A DNA stretch of 64,000 nucleotides from Octopus vulgaris (GCA_951406725.2 OX597840.1:36022001-36086000); one strand, 5' to 3'. Positions 28,533 to 42,259 are shown, counted from the first letter of the stretch. Translations and numbers: made by a program. The notes: generated from the letters alone by a model not told the origin.

Positions 28533-29134
28533 GGTGCAGGCGTAGCTGTGTGGTAAGAATCTTCCCAACCGCATGGTTTCCGGTCTACTATTTGGCATCT
28601 TTGGCAAATTTCTTCCGCTATAAACTCAGACGGACCAAAGCCCTGTGAGTGGATTAGGTAGATGGAAACGGAAGGAAGCCTTCCGATATATATATATAAA
28701 TAGAAAATGTTTTCTTGTCTCCTTTCAATTGATCATTCTTCCCAAACCTTCTAGCAGTTCAAAACAACTGAATATTCTGAATATTCTTCAGTCAGTTGAT
28801 AAACTCTACTACCTTAATGTTCTTAAAATTTAAATCCATATCTTTGTCTATATATCTAACCTTCTCTATAATGTTATCAATTGATATGAAAATTATGTAT
28901 TAATGGAAAACCTCTGTTAATGGCTGATGATTGCTCAATATTTTAAAACTGTTGTAATACTTACAATATTTAATAAAATGATGTAGCGTGAAACGATCGT
29001 ACCAAATTACCGAAGTTATTCTTGTTGCTTATTTTGATTATAATCACCCCATGGATTTATATGGATAACACCATACTAAATTCCGGTGCATCTAACTTAT
29101 GTACCATATTCATTTGAATCTAAATTCTGCTGAA

Positions 29135-29198
<64 letters not shown>

Positions 29199-29272
29199 TG
29201 TATGTACATATATCTATGTTTGTGTGTCTGTGTTTGTCGCTCACCACCGCTTGACAACAGGTGCTAATATGT
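28533..29272 (+). mobile_element. SINE family B split by an insertion in its internal (TA)n and truncated by the Penelope-like element
   Basis: Head at 28533-28690; continuation GTGTTTGTC..ACCACCGCTTGACAAC at 29215-29272. Confidence 0.75.
28908..29018 (+). ncRNA. Type I hammerhead ribozyme motif with long stem II, in a ~440-bp (TA)n-flanked element (28700-29138)
   Basis: TGG-CTGATGA(28924-30)-TTGCT...TTGTAA tac TTACAA...AGCGT-GAAA-C-GATC-G-TA|CCA; palindromic stem III ACGATCGT. Confidence 0.72.
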
Positions 29273-30880
29273 TTGAACGATATCTCGACAGCCTGTCTTT
29301 TTCGAGTTCAAAATGAAAAGTGATACATGGCAGCTAATTTCGGTAATGTCTTCATGACGAAATTCGAGACACACATACTGAAGACATTCAAATCCCTTCA
29401 TGGTCATGAACCAATACTCTGGTTACGGTTCCTTGATGACGTCTTTTTTTGTCTGAGAAGGATCACAGGATAGTTCAATAGACTTCTGGCATTTCTGTGA
29501 CTGTTAGGCGAAAAACTATGGCTTTAAGTCCAACACAAAATTTACGTTTAGTTTTTCAAAAAATAGCGTTGAATTTTTGCACACAAAAGTTTTCTGGGGT
29601 AGAATGGTAACAGAGCTATTTCGCAAGACAAATCTTCCCACATTTACCTCTACCGCCGCTCCGATCATCTACATCACATTATTCCGTCAAATCCGAAATC
29701 CCAATGTTTGAGGAAAAATCGGATTTGTACTGACAGAGGGGATTACTGGAAACATGCAAATGCTTTTCTACACCAATATGTCAAACTCGATTATAGTCAA
29801 TGGCGATTAAAGGAAATAGCAAATGCCAGCTAAGATTAACAAGGTAAGTCAAACTTTCGCGCATAATTTTAGTAAACAAAGTACGATATGTGACAGAATT
29901 CCTTTGGTGATTAACTGGCACCGAAATTTCGCTGGCATTTCAAAAGTGTTGCATGAAAGCTATCATCGTATTCCTGAATAATATCCTCGTTTCAAATAGA
30001 TATTCCTCCAGCCACCTATTGCAACCTTATGACGGAATAGAAATACAAGAAAACTATTAACTTCTACTTCTGACTCCAAGAAAACTATCATTGTAGTTTC
30101 TGCACGCTGTATCTTGAAAAACAGCCACCAGAGAGGCCAGCCTTGTTCATTGTGCAACAACGAGTCAAGTGAATTCCATCAGGAATCATAACAGAAATCT
30201 TATGATTTACACGGGAGGTGGGACATGTAGAGATTCCCATTTGGTGTACGCTGCAGAATACATCAAACACAACTTGATTTATGTTGGTTCTGCAACAGAA
30301 CAATTTAACAAAAGATTTAATGGACACAGATTCGACGTCAGATGCAATAACAGTCGTTCGACAGAACTTGCCGAACATTTTACGTCAAACGGCTGCAATT
30401 TTGAAAATTGTATATTATCAGAAACTATTCTAAATCTGTAACACTTTCAGTTCTCAAAATGCATGAGGGGAAATACGTTTGTGAGTTATTAACATCATGC
30501 CCTAAAGGGATGAATAAAAAGAGGAGGGAATTTCATATTTTACACAATACTGTTTGATTAAATATTTTTCTTTTTTTCCTTTTCTTTTTTTACTTTTCTT
30601 ATCGTTTCTTTTTCCTATTTTTTCTTTCTTTTTCTCTTTGCCGGTTGAAAACTTGAAAATTGAAGACTGGTGATGTCATTCCATTAACGTGGGAACGCTG
30701 GTTGCCCTCGTTCAAATTTTAAATTTGAATTTCTATAACTTTGAATTTCTATGTTTCACTTTTCATTTTGAACTCGACAAAGGCAGGCTTGCTGTCGAAA
30801 TATCGTTCAACCAATAAAACAACTATTGCAATCGCATCGCGCTCTCCGTATCGTCTATTTACCAGTGTAAGAGTTACGTC
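29273..30880 (+). mobile_element. 5'-truncated Penelope-like element (RT C-terminal half + GIY-YIG) with inverted pLTR piece at its 5' end
   Basis: MAANFGNVFM, WLRFLDD, LVYAAE..IYVGS; 29273-29328 is the reverse complement of 30751-30810; frameshifts and stops. Confidence 0.92.
30768..30810 (+). ncRNA. Minimal type I hammerhead-like motif with variant core, in the PLE 3' terminal repeat
   Basis: TTGAAC-TCGACAA-A-GGCAG(gcttg)CTGTC-GAAA-TA-TC|GTTCAA; perfect 6-bp stem I. Confidence 0.6.
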
Positions 30881-31278
30881 AATCCTTTCAAAATATTATT
30901 ATCATCATCATTATTATTATTATTTTTGTTGTTGTTGTCGTTGTTGTTATTACGCCGTGGGGGTGGAAAAATATACCGAAGTAATTAGTCATCTGTCAAG
31001 TCGCAACAACGACTTCACACAAATAACACTTTCCACAAAATGTGCGCCGTATCTAGCAAGGCTGATTTTTACATGACGCTAATCTCACATATTATTTTCA
31101 AACTCCTTTAAAAAGTCTTGAAGTATCAATGGGATTGACCCTTGTGCCCCGATCACAGCTGTTGTTACTTTTAAATTACCCTCTCACATTCCAAACAATC
31201 TTACCGTTTCCCCTTTAAACTAGAAATAATTTATGATTTTATTTTAATATCTTTACTCAAAATATTTACAGCATCGCA

Positions 31279-31497
31279 GGCGTCAAGCTGGCAGAATTGT
31301 TTACTCGCCGGGCAAAATCCTTAGCGGTATTTCATTTGTCTTTACATTCAGTGTTCAAATTCGATCGGGGTTGACTTTGCCTTTCATTCTTTCGGGGTCG
31401 ATAAAATAAGTACTAGTTGTGCACTGGGGTCGACCACATCGAATTTACCCTGCCCATCAAATCGCTGGCCTCGTGTCAAAATTTGAAACCAATATTC
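31279..31497 (+). mobile_element. SINE family A copy
   Basis: AGCTGGCAGAATTGTT..GCCGGGC, GTTCAAATTC and GACTTTGCCTTTCAT.CTTTCGGGGTCGAT. Confidence 0.85.
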
Positions 31498-31670
31498 ATG
31501 TCATGTGATATGGCGACGTCAGTAAGCCGACAGTATTTGTCTTTTTTGTTCAATATGACAATGTCCGGTCGGCCATGCTCAATTACTCTATCAGTCTATA
31601 ATTCAGCAAATAAAGAAAATAATCTTCCTAAAATAATAATAACAATAATGATTATTATTATTATTATTAT

Positions 31671-31729
<59 letters not shown>

Positions 31730-31826
31730 TTACTATTATTATTATCATTATTGTTATTATTATTATAATTATTATCATTATTATTATTATTATTATTATC
31801 ATCATTGTTATTATTATTATTATTAC

Positions 31827-32413
31827 TTTTTTTTTCTTCTTTCAAATTTGCTTCCATTTCTTGCCGAGTGTCTTCCCGACTCCTAGGGTAAAGAAACTCA
31901 TAGCATACAATGGTAGGCCATTAAACCAAACTCAGTAGTTCGTTCATTTTTTTTTTTTTTTTTTTTAAAGTTAAATTAAAATACATGAGCAGCAACAGTT
32001 CTCACATCGACAATGCTCTTCTCAATATGTGTGATGTACCAGTTAAGACAATCTTTTGCACTTCTTGCAGGGATGGTAAGCCAGGGATCATTCTCATATA
32101 ATTTTCGGTTCCCTTCTTGATCATTCCTAGTGCTCCTACGATCACTGGTATTGTAACCGCCTTGAGATGCCACATTTTCTCAATTTCAATGAGTAGGTCT
32201 TTATATTTTCTGAGCTTGTCAAACTCTTTCGCTGAGATATTATGATCACAGGGGATGCTCATGTCGATCAATAAGCAAACTTTATTGTTTTGGTCTTTCA
32301 CAACAATATCTGGTTTATTGGCCTTGATGGTTCGGTCTGTATGTACTGGAAAGTCCCACAGAATGGTTACATTTTCTCCTTCAGTTACAGCCTCAGGGTG
32401 GTGATTATACCAC
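31827..32413 (-). mobile_element. R4/Dong-clade non-LTR retrotransposon 3' end (restriction-like endonuclease), inside (TAA)n
   Basis: Open frame ILWDFPVHTDRTIKANKPDIVV..LLIDMSIP..KLRKYKDL..IPVIVGALG; long TAA arrays on both flanks. Confidence 0.92.
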
Positions 32414-32468
<55 letters not shown>

Positions 32469-32519
32469 CATTATTATTATTAATCATTATTATTACTATT
32501 ATTATTACTATTATTATTA

Positions 32520-32590
<71 letters not shown>

Positions 32591-32648
32591 ATTATTATTA
32601 TTATTATTACTATTATTATTATTATTATTATTTTATTATTATTATTAC

Positions 32649-32687
<39 letters not shown>

Positions 32688-32880
32688 CATTATTTTATCA
32701 TTATTGTTATTATTATTATTATTATTATTGTTATTAAAACTATTCATCGAAATTCAAGTTAAATTTCTTCCAATATTTACGTCCATTTCTTTTCATTCAT
32801 ATTCCTCGTCTCAATTAACTTCGTCAGAGAATTAAAACGAAGTAGACCACATACTAAAGACACAGTAAAGTCTAATAAAC

Positions 32881-32922
<42 letters not shown>

Positions 32923-33517
32923 GGGGGCTCGTATGTTATATAAAAATGTATTATTACCCCATTAAACCAGGAATATTGTCCAATTTTCTTTCCGTATATA
33001 TTTTCGTCTTTACAAAAATGCTTTTCTGTCGTTCATTCTTTGCGTTGTGACTATGACATTTTTATGCAAATGAGAGGCGTTCCTCACCCTTTGGCAATAA
33101 CAGATATTGCTGCTAAAGTACCAATACTGCATTGTTTCCAATTTGTAGTCTGGTGTTTATGACGTGTACTATACGTGGGCATGTATCTATATACGTATGT
33201 AGATACACATGCGTGTAGCTTACGTGCATATATATATATATGCATATGTATGTGTGTATATATTTAAATACATAATATACAGAGTCATACCCTTGGGAGG
33301 CCATCAGTGCACAAGAGACGTAACTACCTTCACCATACAAATATACATATATATATGATTATACGTATATATATATATATATGTGTGTATGCGTATGTAT
33401 GTATTTATGAAATATATACGTAGAAATACGTATATATATATAGCTTAAATATATCATTGTGGAAACAGAGAAATAAATGCTTATACTTATATACATGTAA
33501 ACACACACATATATACA

Positions 33518-33606
<89 letters not shown>

Positions 33607-33711
33607 TTATGTTTCCATATGTATACACACAGACGTATATGTATGTATGTATGTATACATGCATGTATATCTATTTATTTATATATATATATATATATAT
33701 GTTTCTGTGTG

Positions 33712-33744
<33 letters not shown>

Positions 33745-33956
33745 GGGGGGACAAGGAGAGAGGGCGCAAAGAGCAGAGACAGACCCTTGTCTTTATGTAA
33801 ATACGTTATTGTTTGTCTGTCTGTACGGATAGATATTATATATATACATATATATTATATATATATATAGATAGATAGATATATATACATGTGAATGTGC
33901 AGTGTATGTAATATATGTATATATGTAAGAAGGTATGTATGCATACACCCCTGTGA

Positions 33957-33994
<38 letters not shown>

Positions 33995-34087
33995 ATATTT
34001 AGTGTGTTTCCTTTATCTGTTTTAAATATCTTTGCTCCATCAGAGATATAAATACATACACACACACACACACATATATATATATAC

Positions 34088-34186
<99 letters not shown>

Positions 34187-34787
34187 CATATATATATATA
34201 TACATGTATACATACATAAATTACAGAATCGGTTCATCTTCACGAGAATGTAGAATTTATCTTCCATAAAATCTAATTAAAATCCCTCATTCCGGGTAGA
34301 TTGTACATTCGACGCCGGTTAAGCAAGATATGACGATTGGCAGTCTCTCATTTATTACCATTTTTTGTTGTTGTTGTTGTTGTTGTTTTTATTTGCATTT
34401 TTATTGTTTCCTTCATTATTTGTTTTTCTTACTTTCATTAATTTTATTATGTTTTTATTGCTATACTTGTGTTTTTTTTGTTTTTGTTTTTGTTTATTTC
34501 TTTATACTTTTTAACCGTCAGTGATCGATATTAATAGTAAATAATGGTGAATTGTATTTCATTATTGGCCGCACGAATGCTGCAGAATGGAGAATAGTCT
34601 TGCTGTAATAGTCTTGGAGATTCACGGACAAATTGTCCTTACGCTACTTTCTCAACTTTCTTGAATTCTTTGTTCAAATTCTAAAGTGTAACAGTTCTTC
34701 ATTTTTCTTTTTTTTTTTTTTTTCTTTTAATTTCGTATTCCAAGAAATAATGCGATGTAGGCCTTCACCGGAAGAAATAACCCTTTC

Positions 34788-34990
34788 TACACCAGGCACA
34801 AGGCCTGAAGTTTTAGGGCAGGAAGTAAGACGATTTGATTGACCCCAGTGCTCAACTGGTACTTATTTTATCGAATTTGACAGGATGAAAGCGATGTCAA
34901 CCTAGGTGGAATTTGAACTCAGGATGTAAAGAGCTGGAAGAAATACCGTTAAGAATTTCGTCCAATGCGCCAACTATTCTACCAGCTCGT
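34788..34990 (-). mobile_element. Diverged SINE family A copy
   Basis: GACCCCAGTGCTCAACTGGTACTTATTTTATCGA and GGAATTTGAACTCAG. Confidence 0.8.
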
Positions 34991-34991
34991 T

Positions 34992-35060
<69 letters not shown>

Positions 35061-35118
35061 TGTGTTGGTGGTGGTGGTGGTGGCGGCGGCGGCGGTGGTG
35101 GTGTTAGTAGTAATAGTT

Positions 35119-35187
<69 letters not shown>

Positions 35188-35683
35188 TTGGTGTTGGCGG
35201 TGGTGGTGGTGGTGGTGATAATGATGACGGTAATGATGGTGGAGGCGTGAAGGTGGTGATGGGTTAATGGTAGTTTTGGTGGTGGTGCAGGTGGCTTTTG
35301 TGTTGAAATAATGAATTGTTTGAAAACGGTGGAACTCGAAGTAGATAAAGCTATAAGTAACAGCATGGAAATATTGGGTTAAGAAAAGCTTCGACTGTAT
35401 CCGTTGGATGGAGGAACGTGTCCAAGACTATAAGGCGTCACCCGGTCCAGGAACTGAAACCGTGGTCTTTCGATCGTACGTGCAACACGGTAACCAATAA
35501 GCCATTATCCCCATCAACACCTTCACGCCTCCACCACCATTACCGTCATCATTATCACCGTCACCACCACCGCCGCCACCGCCGCTACTACTACTACTAC
35601 TACCACCACCACCACCACCACCACTACTATTACTACTACTACTACTACTACTACTACTAGCCGGCAGAATCGTTAGCGCAATG

Positions 35684-36233
<550 letters not shown>

Positions 36234-36257
36234 GTTAGATAGGTAGATATCTTTCGC

Positions 36258-36510
36258 CTTTTACTTGCTTCAATCATTAGAGTGCGGCCATGCTGGGGTA
36301 TCACCTTGAAGAATGTTTAATTGAATGAATCGACACCGTGGCTTATTCTTTTTTAAGCATGGTACTTATTCTATAGTTTTCTTTTTGCCGAACCGCGGGG
36401 TTACGGGGACGTAAACACACCAACACCGGTTGTCAGGCGGTGATGGAGGGCAAGGAAAAAACACGTGCAGTTAGGAAACAAATTCTTTCCACACTGCCAC
36501 TCCTTCGCCT
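36258..36510 (-). mobile_element. SINE family B remnant
   Basis: TGCGGCCATGCTGG and TTTTTGCCGAACCGC..GTTACGGGGACGTAAACACACCAACACCG. Confidence 0.8.
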
Positions 36511-37197
36511 CATATATATATACGTGTGTGTGTGTGTATATGAATATATATGTATTATGTATGTACGTACGTACGTATGTATGTATGTATGTATATGTGT
36601 ATGTATGTATGTATGTATGTGTGTATGTATGTATGTATGTATGTATGTGTGTATGTATGTATGCATGTATGTATGTATGTATGTATGTATGCATGCATGT
36701 ATGTTTGTATGTATGTACGTATGTATGCATATATGTAAGTATGTGTGTATGTATGTATGCATTTATGTATGTATTATGTATAGATGTATGTATGTACGTA
36801 CATACTACGTACGTATGTATGTACGTATATATGTATGTATGTATGCAAGCATGTATGTATGCATCTATGTATGTATGTATGTATGTATGTATGTATGTAT
36901 GTATGTATGTATGTATGTATGTATGTATGTATGTGCGATTCTTCCCTGTTCTCAGAGAAAACAATCTTGGTGCTATTGATACAAATAAAATGAGGAACAC
37001 TCGAATGGTAGGCATCGTATTAGAATAATTCTGGAAATATGAAGAAAAACAAATTCAGCATAAATCATAGAATTCTTCAATTTATACAAACACCATATGT
37101 GGAAATATGGAATCGTTGAGTGCGTTCTTCAATACGCAGAATTCTACAGCGCACTATCTCGCATATAATATAAATGCACTTATGTATATATATGTGG

Positions 37198-37249
<52 letters not shown>

Positions 37250-37343
37250 GTTTGTATGTATGAGTGTATCTATGTATACATATATGTATGTTTGTACATA
37301 AGTTTGTCTGTATATATATATATAAATATATAGATAGATATAG

Positions 37344-37374
<31 letters not shown>

Positions 37375-38449
37375 TGTATGTATGTATGCGTGTTTGTTTG
37401 TATGTATGCATGCATTATATATGTAAATATGCATGTATGTAGGTATATGTATATATGTGCATGCATCTATGTGTACGTATGTGTTTATGTATGTGTACAC
37501 TATGCATATTTTTGTAAGTAAGGATGTATATATACATATATGCATATATATATGTGTGTATGTATATATATATATGTGTGTGTGTTTGTGTGTGTTTTTG
37601 TGTGTGTTCATGTACTTATACATCTACGTATTTATGTATTTATCTACGCATGTGTGTATATATGAATATATGTATGTGTGAATGTTTGTAAGCGTGTATA
37701 TATACTTATATACTTTATATAAATTTTAACTTAAAAAGATAAGGAAAAATAAACGCAAAATACAAAAATATTGTCAAATATTTCTTTATTTTCTTTTCTT
37801 TTTTTTTACCATTTTTTTTTTCATTTCATTTTCGAGAAAAAAAATATATATGGGAAGCCTTTTCCAGGTTTGATAAATCCGATTGCTTTGGCTCATGGGA
37901 TATTTACATATTATATTCTATAGAATAAATTGGCAGAATAAAATGATTGGATTTAACCGTCAAATTATGTGTAAGAATATTTGCCAATTTAAGGAATATG
38001 GTAGAATACCGTTTACTGACTGACACGATTTTCTGTTCTTCGTTTTTATGGCTTGTTATATGATTGAATACCAATAAAATAAAATCAACATAATCCCTGA
38101 AAAATATACAAAATATATATATATATATATAATATAATTATATAACAGACGTTGCTTGTTTTCTTATATTATTTCTGTGGAAATATTTGCTTATTATTAT
38201 TGAATGTTGCAGTCAATCTTATGCTGAAGAATTCGAGGTGAATGACGCTAATTCTTCGTGTATATATGCTTTCCTGTCAAACAGAACTAATCTAAACACG
38301 CTTTATGGTATGGCTGATATTTCTACATATGTGTAGCTACTTGTTAGATATTTGCTGCCGGCTGTGTGGTTAAAACGTTCGTTTCGTGAACTACGTGGAC
38401 TCGGTTTCAATGCCACTGCACGGTGCCTTTGGCCAATTATATATATTTA

Positions 38450-38900
38450 CTAGCTGAAGGTGACCCGCGATACGCGCGGGTAAGAGTGTAATGGAGACAT
38501 ACGTAGATATCTGATTCATAATATTTGTTCTCATGATTGTGTGGTGGTTGTGGCGATGATAATTCTCTTTATGAATGCAGACAGACGTAGAGAGACGAAG
38601 TTATACAGAGAAAGTGAAGGGGCGTTAGACGGGAAGGGAGGAAATAGCGTGAGTGAGTGAGGAAGACAGATACATAAAAGAATGGGAGTGTACTTGTCAA
38701 AGTGGTTTTTTGGCCCTAGCAACGACACCTTTTAAGATAGGGATTTCTAACGTAGCCCACTGGTATCGTCACCTCATTTTACATGTCCCTGTAAATGTTG
38801 GGGTCAATCCGACGGGATGTAGTGGCGTTGAAAGCGTGCCAAGCGGTCGAGTCAAACAAACAAACAAACAAACAAACTTTTTTTCAGTTTTATAAATAGA
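38450..38900 (-). mobile_element. Non-autonomous Helitron family H2 (~450 bp)
   Basis: Minus 5' TCTATTTATAAAACTG + (GTTT)n; 3' ACCCGCG..CGCGGGT hairpin then CTAG; A|T target. Confidence 0.85.
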
Positions 38901-39083
38901 TATATATATATACACACACTAGTGGGGCCCATGGAAATTGCACAGAGCGATAAGGTTGAAGAGAAGCTCTTTAAGAGAGAGACGATGTTTCGCATTTTAA
39001 TTTCGTGATTTCACTTCCAGTCACGATAATATATATGATTTTAAAATTTCCCTCTGCTAAGCACATATATATCTCTTTTTCTT

Positions 39084-39136
<53 letters not shown>

Positions 39137-39166
39137 TATTTTAATTTTTATTATTATTATTGTTAA

Positions 39167-39378
39167 GGCAGTGAGCTGGCAGAGTCGGTGGCATGCTGGA
39201 CGAAATACTTAGCAGTATTTCGCCCGTCGCCAAGTTCTGAGTTCAAATTCAGCCGAGGTCGCCTTTGCCTTTCATCTTTTCTGGGTCGATGAAATAAGAA
39301 CCAGTTGAGTACTGGAGTCGATGTAATCGAATAGTCCCTTTCCCAAAAGTTCAGGCCTTGTGCCTATTGTAGAAAAGA
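39167..39378 (+). mobile_element. SINE family A copy, full length
   Basis: GGCAGTGAGCTGGCAGAG..GTTCTGAGTTCAAATTC..GGCCTTGTGCCTA, then (ATT)n. Confidence 0.88.
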
Positions 39379-39511
<133 letters not shown>

Positions 39512-39520
39512 ATTTTAAAA

Positions 39521-39640
39521 GTAAACAGACAAGACGAAGAGCGCGATGCAGTTACAGTAGATATTTCATTGGTTGAAATTGCTGTCAAAATATCGTTCAA
39601 CCAATAAAATATCTATTTCAAACGCATAGTGCTTTATTTT
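39521..39640. mobile_element. Inverted pair of pLTR ends of the Penelope family at 29273-30880
   Basis: Right arm matches 30789-30840; left arm is the reverse complement of ~30806-30862. Confidence 0.75.
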
Positions 39641-39689
39641 GTACAGTGCTTTATCTTTGCAGTCTTCCATCCTACACAAGCCTGACCTT

Positions 39690-40015
39690 GTTACTTCTAA
39701 TAATAGCAGTTCTGTGGCATTTTTTTGTACCATGCTATGTTGTTTTCTTCTGCTCTAATGCTGTGTTCGTATCCAATCAGTCCTCTTCCCTCTCTTTTCG
39801 TTGGTGTATACAGTCTGTCTGTGTCACCTTTTGGGTGGAGTGACCCATATCTAGTAAGCAACTTCCTTGTCTTTCTGTCTAAGTTGTTTTGTTAGTCTAC
39901 TGTCCATGCGATTACGCCTGCTCCATATCTAAGGAGTGAAACCGCCCAGGTGTTGATAGGTTCGATCTTATTCCGTCCATTTAATTTCGACTTTAGGGTC
40001 AGGCTCAGTCTGCGC
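39690..40015 (-). pseudogene. R4/Dong-type reverse transcriptase (thumb region) fragment
   Basis: Manual translation LKSKLNGRNKIEPINTWAVSLLRYGAGVIAWTVD*QNNLDRKTRKLLT.YGSLHPKGDTDRLY. Confidence 0.85.
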
Positions 40016-40329
40016 ATTGAGTACTGAGGTCGATTCAATCGACTAAGTTCCTTCAAGGAAATGCTCCAATATGGCCGAAGTTTAATGAGTAACCCAAATA
40101 AAAGATAAAAGGTGAAAATTAATTGATCATGAAACTGAAGTGAAATACAACCAGGGAGTGTGTTGTGTTTATACTATGACCCTCCCAACTAATATAGACA
40201 ATCACACATAAAAATCATATAAATACTCACACACACATATATTCATACTCAGACGAAAATTCGTATAAGCTCATATGCTCAAAAGGATATACATGCACAC
40301 ACGCATATATATATATATACATACATATA

Positions 40330-40368
<39 letters not shown>

Positions 40369-40373
40369 GTAGT

Positions 40374-40574
40374 TCCCGGTTGATTCGGGGTTAACCACAG
40401 TAAGTAAGGTACTCAATACATAGCAGAGTAAAATTAATTTATTATATAGAAGGAGTTTGGATAGTACTGTTTCATTCAAGAGAAATCTTCAGAAGCCCTT
40501 CCTGAAGATTTCAGGCTTCCTGAAGATTTCTCTTGAATGAAACAGTACTAGTCCTGTAGAAGCTCCTTCTATAA

Positions 40575-40580
<6 letters not shown>
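40374..40580. mobile_element. (TA)n-embedded inverted pLTR-like pair carrying hammerheads
   Basis: 40437-40497 is the reverse complement of 40514-40580 with a short deletion; extra CCTGAAGATTTC duplicated at the centre. Confidence 0.8.
40515..40563 (+). ncRNA. Type I hammerhead ribozyme motif (best formed in the window)
   Basis: GCTTC-CTGAAGA-T-TTC(TCTT)GAA-T-GAAA-CAG(TACTAGTC)CTG-TA|GAAGC; predicted cleavage after A40558. Confidence 0.8.
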
Positions 40581-40617
<37 letters not shown>

Positions 40618-40638
40618 TAAATATATATATATATATAA

Positions 40639-40670
<32 letters not shown>

Positions 40671-41401
40671 CATGCATATATATAAATACGCACACATATA
40701 CATATATACATATATCACCACATATAAACATTATCATAGACACTCACAGAAGCACACGCAATCTCGCAACCATAAACTCTTTGGAAAGCATACACACACA
40801 CATAAACATACACGTCCACATAAACATACACACACACATACACATACACACACACACACACATGCCCCAGAGACGAATGAGCTGCTGGAAAATCTTGGAG
40901 GTTTCTAAAGAGCAAATAGCATTTGTTAATAAAACTGACCCAATGAACGCGCGGATTACAACTCGAAAAGTCCTCCATTATAAACACGTTTCTATTTTCT
41001 CTCTAAATAGCAACTTGCTTAATTTCGGTTTATTTCAAGACGTCCATAAATTGTAGACTTTTGATGAGCTTCTGCCCCGTTCTCTCCTTGATTGCTAATT
41101 GAACAGTTCTGTGACAAATTAATTCCGCAATCGCAGCCATCTTCCCCCCCCCCCCTCACCCGACAACAGTCAACGTTCGACATTTTTACTCAACATCTTG
41201 TTTATGTTTTCATTGTTGTGTCGGCTGCTCTCGTTATTGTTGTTGCTGTTGTTGATGTTGTTGGTGGTGGTGATGGTGGGGGTGGTGATGGTGGGGGTGG
41301 GGGTGATAGTGGGTGATGTAATTCTTGTTCTTCTTGCAGGTGAAGATATCGATGATCACGATGTTCTGTGTTTACTTTCGTTTTGTTATTCTCGTTATTA
41401 A

Positions 41402-41660
41402 ATCATCATCATCATCATCATAACCAACATCATCATAACCAACATCGTCGTCGTCATCATCATCATCATAACCAACATCATCGTCATCGTCATCATCATT
41501 ATCATCATCGTCACCATCATCATCATCATTGTCATCATCATCATCATAACCAACATAATCATCATCGTCGTCATCATCATCATCATCGTCATCATCATCA
41601 TCATCGTCATCATTGTCATCATCACTACCACTACTACAACTATTACTACTGTTATCATTA
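41402..41660. repeat. Degenerate (CAT)n microsatellite
   Basis: Direct reading; source of the poly-His ORF. Confidence 0.92.
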
Positions 41661-41905
41661 CTATTCCTCTTCTTTATCTTTTGGAGTGGCAGGTGGAGGG
41701 AGAGGAAGAAATGGAAGAAGGGGGAGAACGTACGGGTTTGCCGTTGATGTTATTTTGGTTATCGTTTTTATTTCGACGCGTGTTCTTTGTGCCAACAGTG
41801 TGTTAGGTTCTCGACTAGACACACAGACAGACAAATAAATATATAAATAAATAAATACCAGGTCATCCCATAAGTTCTGTCCGAATTTTGAATAAAGAAA
41901 ACATA

Positions 41906-42103
41906 TGCGCAGGAGTGGCTGTGTAGTGAGTAGCTTGCTTACCAACCACATGGTTCCGGGTTCAGTCCCGACGAACGGGAACATGAAACTCTGAGTAACA
42001 GCTTTTGTTATATTTTTACTGCTTTTAAATAAAGTATATTACTCTGCCTCTAGTATTTGAGTACACTTTTTTCCACCTTGTTTCACATTTATGTGCTTAC
42101 TCC

Positions 42104-42105
<2 letters not shown>
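41906..42105 (+). mobile_element. SINE family B head fused to a pLTR-like fragment with degenerate hammerhead
   Basis: Head to GTTCAGTCCC (41969), then CCGACGA..GAAA-CTC-T-GAG-TA|ACAGC, AATAAA, ending in (TA)n. Confidence 0.65.
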
Positions 42106-42156
<51 letters not shown>

Positions 42157-42157
42157 T

Positions 42158-42190
<33 letters not shown>

Positions 42191-42192
42191 GT

Positions 42193-42259
<67 letters not shown>

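Noticed and set aside
38222-38260. CTGAAGA-ATTC..GAAT-GACG hammerhead-like core
   Set aside because: GAAA absent and no stems I or III
41368-41838. His-rich ORF resembling histidine-rich or beak proteins
   Set aside because: (CAT)n microsatellite; lacks Gly/Ala-His repeat structure
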